From the NCBI GenBank assembly GCA_050250135.1, contig JBFWPF010000010.1, positions 780 through 64,779 of the forward strand: 64,000 bases of DNA, written 5' to 3'. Numbering within the stretch: position 1 is the stretch's first letter; each line of letters opens with the position of its first letter. This DNA comes from Parachlamydiales bacterium (lineage in GTDB: Bacteria; Chlamydiota; Chlamydiia; Chlamydiales; JAFEGQ01). Shown in pieces: positions 35,497-41,459 of the stretch. The notes under the pieces were generated by a model. That model was not told the DNA's origin, did no database searches, and was given only the letters and a program-made list of their open reading frames with translations. The position numbers and the translations under genes are program-made.

Positions 35497-36432
35497 ATGG
35501 AGATTCTACCCTCCTCGTCTGAGTCGAGTGTACCCTACCGCACGCTACCGCTCGGCTACCCGGTCTTTAGCGTTGCCTTCAGTCCAGATGGGCTGATCCT
35601 CGCATCGGGAAGCACTGACCACAAGGTCCATCTATGGGACACCATAACATTGGAGGAAAAAGGCTCCCCACTCAGTGGGCACACCGGGACCGTCTGGTGC
35701 CTGGCCTATCACCCGCAAGGAACTCTTCTGGCCTCAGCAAGCGTGGACAAGACGATCCGCCTATGGGATATGGCAAGCAAAAAGGTGACGTTTGTCCTTG
35801 AGGGACACACAAGCTATGTCTACTGTGCGGCCTTCAGCTCCAATGGACAACTCCTCGCCTCTGCAAGTGAGGATAGGACGGTCCGCCTATGGGATACCTC
35901 CACCGGCAAGGAGTTGCCTTTCTCTCCGCTTGAAACGCATGAGAGCCCGGCCTGGAGCGTTGCGTGGGCCCACAACGGGAAGACCCTGGCCTCGGGAACC
36001 GGGATGGGAAAAATCCACCTCTGGGAGGCCGCAACAGGGAAAAAGAAAGGGGCCCCTGTGGAGGGACATACGGCCCCTGTCCAGAGCCTTACGTTCTATT
36101 CGGATGACCATACCCTCGTCTCGGGATCTGGCGACACCACCGTTCGTTTTTGGGATCCCTCCGCAGGGAAGGAGATCCCTCCTCCCATAACCTGGCATAC
36201 ATCTGGGGTCAACAGCATCGCCCTAGGCCATAGCGAAAAGATTCTAGCCTCAGGCAGTAACTATCCGACCATTGGCCTTTGGGACGCTACCACGAGAAAA
36301 GGCAAAAGGACCCTAAGCGGCCACACAGGTAGTGTTCAGTGCGTTGCTTTGAATCCTACAAGCACGACCCTCGCGTCGGCAAGCCTCGACGAAACGATCC
36401 GCCTCTGGGACATCAGCCACCTGCTAATTTAG
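35497..36432 (+). CDS. WD40-repeat protein
   Basis: ~311 aa with about seven repeats of ...LASGS.D.T(V/I)(R/H)LWD.... GGAGG lies 9 nt upstream of ATG 35497 (ATG 35464 is an alternative). The ORF-track start at 35176 overlaps the previous gene and is rejected. Confidence 0.85.
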   Translation: MEILPSSSESSVPYRTLPLGYPVFSVAFSPDGLILASGSTDHKVHLWDTITLEEKGSPLSGHTGTVWCLAYHPQGTLLASASVDKTIRLWDMASKKVTFVLEGHTSYVYCAAFSSNGQLLASASEDRTVRLWDTSTGKELPFSPLETHESPAWSVAWAHNGKTLASGTGMGKIHLWEAATGKKKGAPVEGHTAPVQSLTFYSDDHTLVSGSGDTTVRFWDPSAGKEIPPPITWHTSGVNSIALGHSEKILASGSNYPTIGLWDATTRKGKRTLSGHTGSVQCVALNPTSTTLASASLDETIRLWDISHLLI

Positions 36433-36515
36433 AGCTGTTACAATCTTATCCTGGGGGTGGCTAGTTATTTCCCTTCTTGCCCGACCCTGAGTATCCGTAC
36501 CCGTTAGACCTTTTA

Positions 36516-36672
36516 CCCCTGATTGTGACCTATCGTCCAGGGGGCGCGGCAGATGGTAGTCAGATAGCGCACATCGTGACGAGGCCAGGTCTTTAGACCT
36601 GGGTGAGGAGGGATGTCCGCTAGATGGCCACCAGCTGTAGATGCCCTCTGGGCGATAGGTCGCAATCAGGGG
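36516..36672. repeat. 157-bp foldback MITE-like element, copy 2
   Basis: CCCCTGATTGTGACCTATCGTCC...GGCGATAGGTCGCAATCAGGGG. Same length and internal CCAGGTCTTTAGACCTGG hairpin as 20648-20804. Confidence 0.85.
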
Positions 36673-36685
36673 TTTTATCCTGGGT

Positions 36686-36796
36686 CTAGGAGATCGCCTT
36701 CGTGACGAGCTCTTCGAGGTGGGCAGGGCCCTCGATTTTGGGGAGCATGAGCTCGCGATGGCTCTCCCTCTTCTCAATGGAGAGGGTGAGCTTCTC
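36686..36796 (-). pseudogene. Displaced duplicate of the last ~37 codons of mfd
   Basis: The minus strand reads GEKLTLSIEKRESHRELMLPKIEGPAHLEELVTKAIS*. The intact mfd ends LEKSTLSIEKRESHRKLMLPKIEGPAHLEELVTKAIS*. The central ~62 nt have a single mismatch. There is no upstream mfd sequence. Confidence 0.85.
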
Positions 36797-36908
36797 GCCC
36801 CTGATTGTCCCTGCCAGGTACGTGTTCACGAGGGGGAGTCCTCTCACTAGGGGCGGGGGCTACCCACGTGAATATGTACCCAGCCAGGGCCTTCTTGTCT
36901 CAGTTGGT

Positions 36909-38120
36909 CTAGACCAGTTGAGAGAGAAAGGAGCGGGCGGAGACGATGCGAGGGGTCGGATCAAGAAAGCAGGTCTGGTGACTATAAGGCTGATCAAAGA
37001 CAACCTGGAGGGCATATTGGGGTCTAAGCTGCATTTGAAAGTGCGCAAGTGAGGGGCTGATCTGCCGCGAATTGCCTAGCTTTACCTCGACTAGCATCCA
37101 GGGCTTTCCATTGTACGTGACCAAGAAGTCAACCTCTCGCTTCTCCTTGTCCCGGACATAGTGAAGGGTAAATACCCCCATCCCACAGTCGGTCCAAAAA
37201 TCGGTCGCCTTAAGAAGGAAACAGGCCACCATATTTTCGGCCCTCGCTCCAGGATCACTGAGAAGTGACCAATCGGTCAGGTAGTACTTGGGCTCTTTGA
37301 GAAGAGATCGGGCAACACTATGCGCATAGGGCCTTACCTCAAAACAAACGTAGAGTGAAATGAGGTGTTTGAGCCACTGCATGACAGTGGTATGGCTGAT
37401 CTGTACCTTACGAGCTAGCGAGGCATAGCTGGTCAAAGAACCGACCCCAGCCCGCAACATCTGAATGAGCAACTCCATCTGGGAAATTTCCCGAATTCGG
37501 GTTAGGTCACGCAGGTCCTCATGGAGCAGTTGATCCCACCGGTGGAGCGACCACTGGGTATGGTAGGCCTCTTCCCCTCGTAGGAGGGGATCGGGAAATC
37601 CCCCAAATCGCCAGAGGGCCTCGTAGAGGGAGTCTTCGATTTCACAAGGGGCGGGCCGAACGGCAATGGGTGTTACCTCGGGCTCCACAAGCTCTCTAAT
37701 GGTGAAGGGATGAACGTGGTGGCGAAAGTACCGCCCCATCAAGCTGTCGCCCCCTTTCTGGTAGACATCGAGGCGGGCGCCTCCCGTCACCAAAATATGG
37801 GCTAGGTTAGGATAGAGATCATATAACCCCTTCAAGAAGAGCTTCCACGAGGGATAACGGTGGATCTCATCAAAAATAAGGAGAGGGACCGGCTCTTCCA
37901 TCAGGCCAAGCTTAGCCTCCTGCCCTAGCGCTCTCCCCCCCTGCTGGATCTTGTCACGGTCGTTAGGATCATCCCAGGTATAATAGAGGACTCGAGGCCA
38001 GTCCTCCCCTACGTTGACACCTAGCGTGGTCTTCCCCACCTGCCGAGGCCCCATGACAAAGAGCATCTGCCGGTTTCTCTGGAAGTGGCCGGTAAAGACC
38101 TGGTGGTAAAAGCGGCGCAT
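36909..38120 (-). CDS. AAA+ ATPase with DUF4143-type C-terminal PD-(D/E)xK-like motif (COG1373 family), paralogue 3
   Basis: 403 aa from ATG 38120 (AAGGAG lies 7 nt upstream; the ORF-track TTG at 38141 is less likely). Walker A GPRQVGKTT, Walker B LLIFDEIH, REVDFLVTYNGKPWMLVEVKLG. The stop codon lies inside the palindrome TGGTCTAGACCA. Confidence 0.85.
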   Translation of the reverse strand: MRRFYHQVFTGHFQRNRQMLFVMGPRQVGKTTLGVNVGEDWPRVLYYTWDDPNDRDKIQQGGRALGQEAKLGLMEEPVPLLIFDEIHRYPSWKLFLKGLYDLYPNLAHILVTGGARLDVYQKGGDSLMGRYFRHHVHPFTIRELVEPEVTPIAVRPAPCEIEDSLYEALWRFGGFPDPLLRGEEAYHTQWSLHRWDQLLHEDLRDLTRIREISQMELLIQMLRAGVGSLTSYASLARKVQISHTTVMQWLKHLISLYVCFEVRPYAHSVARSLLKEPKYYLTDWSLLSDPGARAENMVACFLLKATDFWTDCGMGVFTLHYVRDKEKREVDFLVTYNGKPWMLVEVKLGNSRQISPSLAHFQMQLRPQYALQVVFDQPYSHQTCFLDPTPRIVSARSFLSQLV

Positions 38121-38154
38121 AACGGGCTCCTTCACCCACAAGTGTACCAGAAAT

Positions 38155-38316
38155 CTTCATTTGGTCGGATTTTGCCCCAAATGCCGAAATTCCGGGGATT
38201 TTGTCGGGTAATTTCTGACCAAATGAAGGTTTTTTCAGGGTTGATAATCAGCAACTTAATGAATTTTTTTTCCTTTTCCTGACTTTTTGAGTGCCTTGTT
38301 TCATTTGGTCGGATTT
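38155..38316. repeat. Structured spacer between ATPase 3 and mfd: 17-bp direct repeats plus a 12-bp inverted repeat
   Basis: TTCATTTGGTCGGATTT at 38156-38172 and 38300-38316. CTTCATTTGGTC (38155-38166) is inverted as GACCAAATGAAG (38217-38228). Confidence 0.85.
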
Positions 38317-38318
38317 CT

Positions 38319-41300
38319 CTAGGAAATGGCTTTGGTCACCAGCTCTTCGAGGTGGGCAGGGCCCTCGATTTTGGGGAGCATGAGCTTGCGATGGCTCTCC
38401 CTCTTCTCTATGGAAAGGGTCGACTTTTCCAGCTTTAGGGCGGTGATCTGGAAGCGAGAGGCAACGGTGCGGATCCGCATCAGGTGGTAAAACCACAGGG
38501 CCTCCTCTGGGGGCGTGCCGAAACGGTCCTTGAGTTCATCAAAGAGGTCGTCAACATCGGCTTCGGTAGGCGCATCCCCAAAACGGCTGTAGAACTCGAG
38601 GCGGAGGGTCGATTCGGGGATGTAATGCTCGGGAAGGTAGGCGCGCTGAGGGAATTCAAGCTTGACCTCGGTGAGAGTGTGGGGCGTTTTCCCTTGGAGC
38701 GACTGGACCATTCTTTTGAGCATCTTGCAGTAGAGGTTGAAGCCGATGGCGGAAACATGGCCCGACTGCTCCGTGCCCAGGATGGAGCCGCCGCCGCGGA
38801 TCTCAAGGTCGCGCATGGCGACTTTAAAGCCGCCGCCATGAGGGCCTAGCTGCTCGAGGACATCGAGACGCTCCTTTGAGACGGCGCTGGGAGGGCGCTT
38901 TTTGGAGGTGAGGAAGTAGGCATAGGCCCTGCGGTTCCAACGGCCCACTCGGCCGCGCATCTGGTAGAGGTCGGCAAGGCCATGCCGATCGGCCCGCTCA
39001 ACGATAATGGTGTTGGCGTTGGGGACATCAAGGCCGTTTTCAACGAGGGTAGTGGCAACGAGGATCTGAATCTTACCGGTGCGGAAGGCATGGAAGATGG
39101 TGTCGAGCTCATCGCCCGACATCTGCCCATGGGCAACCCCGATGCGGGCTTGCGGGAGGTCTTGCCGGAGGCGGTCGGCCACGCCGTAGATGGTCTCAAC
39201 GCGGTTGTGGATAACGAGCGCCTGGCCATCACGGGCAAGCTCGCGGAGGAGGGCGTTTTTGGTTTTCTCCGCATCCTCCTCGCCAACGTGAGTCTTGATG
39301 GGGAGGCGGTCTTGGGGAGGGGTGGCGATGATCGAGAGGTCGCGACCCCCCATGAGAGCGAGGTAGAGGGTGCGGGGTATGGGCGTTGCCGAGAGGGTGA
39401 GGCAGTCGACCCCTGCTCTAAAAGCCCGGATCTTCTCTTTGACCCGAACGCCAAACCGCTGCTCCTCGTCGACGATAACGAGGCCAAGGTTGGAGAAGTG
39501 GACGTCGCTGCTGATGATGCGGTGGGTGCCGATCAGGATGTCGAGGGAGCCTTCAGCAAGGTGCTTGAGGGTGGCCTTTTGTTCCTTGGGGGTGCGGAAG
39601 CGGGAGAGGACACCGATCCGAACGGGAAAGTTCTCCATCCGCTGGGAGAAGTTATCGAAGTGCTGCATGGCGAGGACGGTGGTGGGGACGAGTATCGCCA
39701 CCTGCTTGCCTCCGTCGATGACCGCCTTAAAGGCGGCCCGCATCGCCACCTCGGTCTTGCCATAGCCGACATCGCCGCAGACGAGGCGGTCCATCGGTTT
39801 GGGCTGCTCCATATCCTGCTTAACGTCGCGGATCGCCTTGAGCTGGTCGGCCGTCTCGACGTAGGGGAATTCCGATTCGAAGAGGAGGGTCTCCTCGCCA
39901 TCGGGTGGGAAGGCAAAGCCGCCGGCAATCTCCCGCTCGGCATGGGCCTTGAGCATCTCTTGAGCGTATTTTCGGATCGCCTCTTCAGTCTGAGCGCGGA
40001 CCCGGGCCCACTTGCCGCTCCCCAGGGTGTGGAGGACCGGTTTCTCCTCTTTGCCGCCAACATATTTGTTGACCAGGTAGGACTGCGCGAGGGGGACAAA
40101 GAGTTTTCCTTTAGAGGCATACTCGATGGCCAGGTACTCGGCGGTGTTCCCGTCGGTGTCATCCTTTTTGACAATGCCGAGGTAGCGGCCGATGCCGTGG
40201 TGGAAGTGGACGACGAGATCGCCGTCGGTGTAGTCGACCATCTCCTGGGGGGCGCTGCTGTAGACCGCCCGCTTTTGCTCGCGGCGGACCTTGTAGTGGT
40301 GGGTCAGCTCTGTGATAGGAAGGAGGGTGAGGCCATCCAAGGTAAAACCGCTTGAGAGGTACCCCTCGTGAACAGCGGCGACCTTGGTAATCCCCATCTG
40401 CTCGAGGAGGGCGCGGAGCCGCTTTTCTTCGCGGGAATTTTCGCAGATGAGATGGAGCTCGGTATTGTCGGGAATCCCCTCCGAGAGGGTGTGGAAGGGG
40501 TTTTTCCACCGGTAGGCCGAGAGGCGCTTGTCGAAGAGGGGGAAGGTGAGCGGATGGGGGGAGGCGCCCGAAGAGTAGTAGTCGACGCCGGGAGGAACTT
40601 CGATGTCACCGAGGGCGTCGATCGGAGTCGCGGGCCAGTAGAGTTTCTGGTAAGGGGCGGCTTTGTCCATCCAGTCGGCGAAGGCCTTGCCTCCGAGGCC
40701 GAGCGCGACGAGGCGGTCTTCAAGAGCGAGGAGGTCATCGAAGGCGATGCAGGTGTTCTCACCGAGGTAGTCGAAGAGGGTGGCGCTCTTGTCGCCGGTA
40801 AACTCATCGACTAGCGTAAGAGTGAGCTCCTTGACCTCGCCAGTTGAGCGCTGACTCCCCGGATCGAAGGGGCGGATCTTCTCTATCTCGTCTCCAAAGA
40901 ACTCGATCCGGTAGGGGGCAAGGCTGCTTAAGGGGAAGAGGTCAACGATCCCGCCGCGCACGGCAAACTCCCCCTTATCGGCGACAACAGGGCGGCGGAC
41001 AAAGCCGGCTCCCCCTAGCTCTTCGATGAGCCACTCGGGAGGGTATTCTTGCCCCACAGTGAGGTGGAGATCCCCCTTCTGGAACTGGTCGGGGGGAATC
41101 ATGGGTTGGAGGGCCGCCTGGACCGGAGCGAGGAGGATCTGAGGGGTCTTGGCCGAAAGGAGGACCTTGAGGACCGAGTAGCGATCCCCGACCACATCGG
41201 GGCTGGGGGCGATCCCCTCAGAAGGGAGGTTCTCCCAAGCGGGAAGCTCGTGGACATTTTTTTGAAAGTAAAGGAGATCCTCATAGAGGCGCCCCTCCCG

Positions 41301-41459
41301 TTCCCCCCCCGTGAGGATCAGGAGGTGCTTGCCGGTTACCTCCTGAAGAGCTCTGGCGAGGACCGCCTTCGGGGCATCCCAGAGCTCCTCCACCAGAAGG
41401 TCGTGGCCAGCGCGGGCGGCCTCTGCGAAGGGCTTTAGGAGGGGTGTGAGGCGATCCAT
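38319..41459 (-). CDS. mfd: Transcription-repair coupling factor
   Basis: 1046 aa. CarD/TRCF RNAP-interaction region and SF2 helicase motifs GDVGYGKTEVA, DEEQRFG, TATPIPRT and QLRGRVGR-like MRGRVGR. Confidence 0.95.
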   Translation of the reverse strand: MDRLTPLLKPFAEAARAGHDLLVEELWDAPKAVLARALQEVTGKHLLILTGGEREGRLYEDLLYFQKNVHELPAWENLPSEGIAPSPDVVGDRYSVLKVLLSAKTPQILLAPVQAALQPMIPPDQFQKGDLHLTVGQEYPPEWLIEELGGAGFVRRPVVADKGEFAVRGGIVDLFPLSSLAPYRIEFFGDEIEKIRPFDPGSQRSTGEVKELTLTLVDEFTGDKSATLFDYLGENTCIAFDDLLALEDRLVALGLGGKAFADWMDKAAPYQKLYWPATPIDALGDIEVPPGVDYYSSGASPHPLTFPLFDKRLSAYRWKNPFHTLSEGIPDNTELHLICENSREEKRLRALLEQMGITKVAAVHEGYLSSGFTLDGLTLLPITELTHHYKVRREQKRAVYSSAPQEMVDYTDGDLVVHFHHGIGRYLGIVKKDDTDGNTAEYLAIEYASKGKLFVPLAQSYLVNKYVGGKEEKPVLHTLGSGKWARVRAQTEEAIRKYAQEMLKAHAEREIAGGFAFPPDGEETLLFESEFPYVETADQLKAIRDVKQDMEQPKPMDRLVCGDVGYGKTEVAMRAAFKAVIDGGKQVAILVPTTVLAMQHFDNFSQRMENFPVRIGVLSRFRTPKEQKATLKHLAEGSLDILIGTHRIISSDVHFSNLGLVIVDEEQRFGVRVKEKIRAFRAGVDCLTLSATPIPRTLYLALMGGRDLSIIATPPQDRLPIKTHVGEEDAEKTKNALLRELARDGQALVIHNRVETIYGVADRLRQDLPQARIGVAHGQMSGDELDTIFHAFRTGKIQILVATTLVENGLDVPNANTIIVERADRHGLADLYQMRGRVGRWNRRAYAYFLTSKKRPPSAVSKERLDVLEQLGPHGGGFKVAMRDLEIRGGGSILGTEQSGHVSAIGFNLYCKMLKRMVQSLQGKTPHTLTEVKLEFPQRAYLPEHYIPESTLRLEFYSRFGDAPTEADVDDLFDELKDRFGTPPEEALWFYHLMRIRTVASRFQITALKLEKSTLSIEKRESHRKLMLPKIEGPAHLEELVTKAIS

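Noticed and set aside
36424-36777. ORFs lying on repeat elements: 36424-36777 (-), 20534-20752 (-), 13093-13320 (-), 36702-37052 (+).
   Set aside because: They run through MITE copies, the 30-bp inverted-repeat spacer, or the mfd-tail remnant in the wrong frame. They show no family resemblance.
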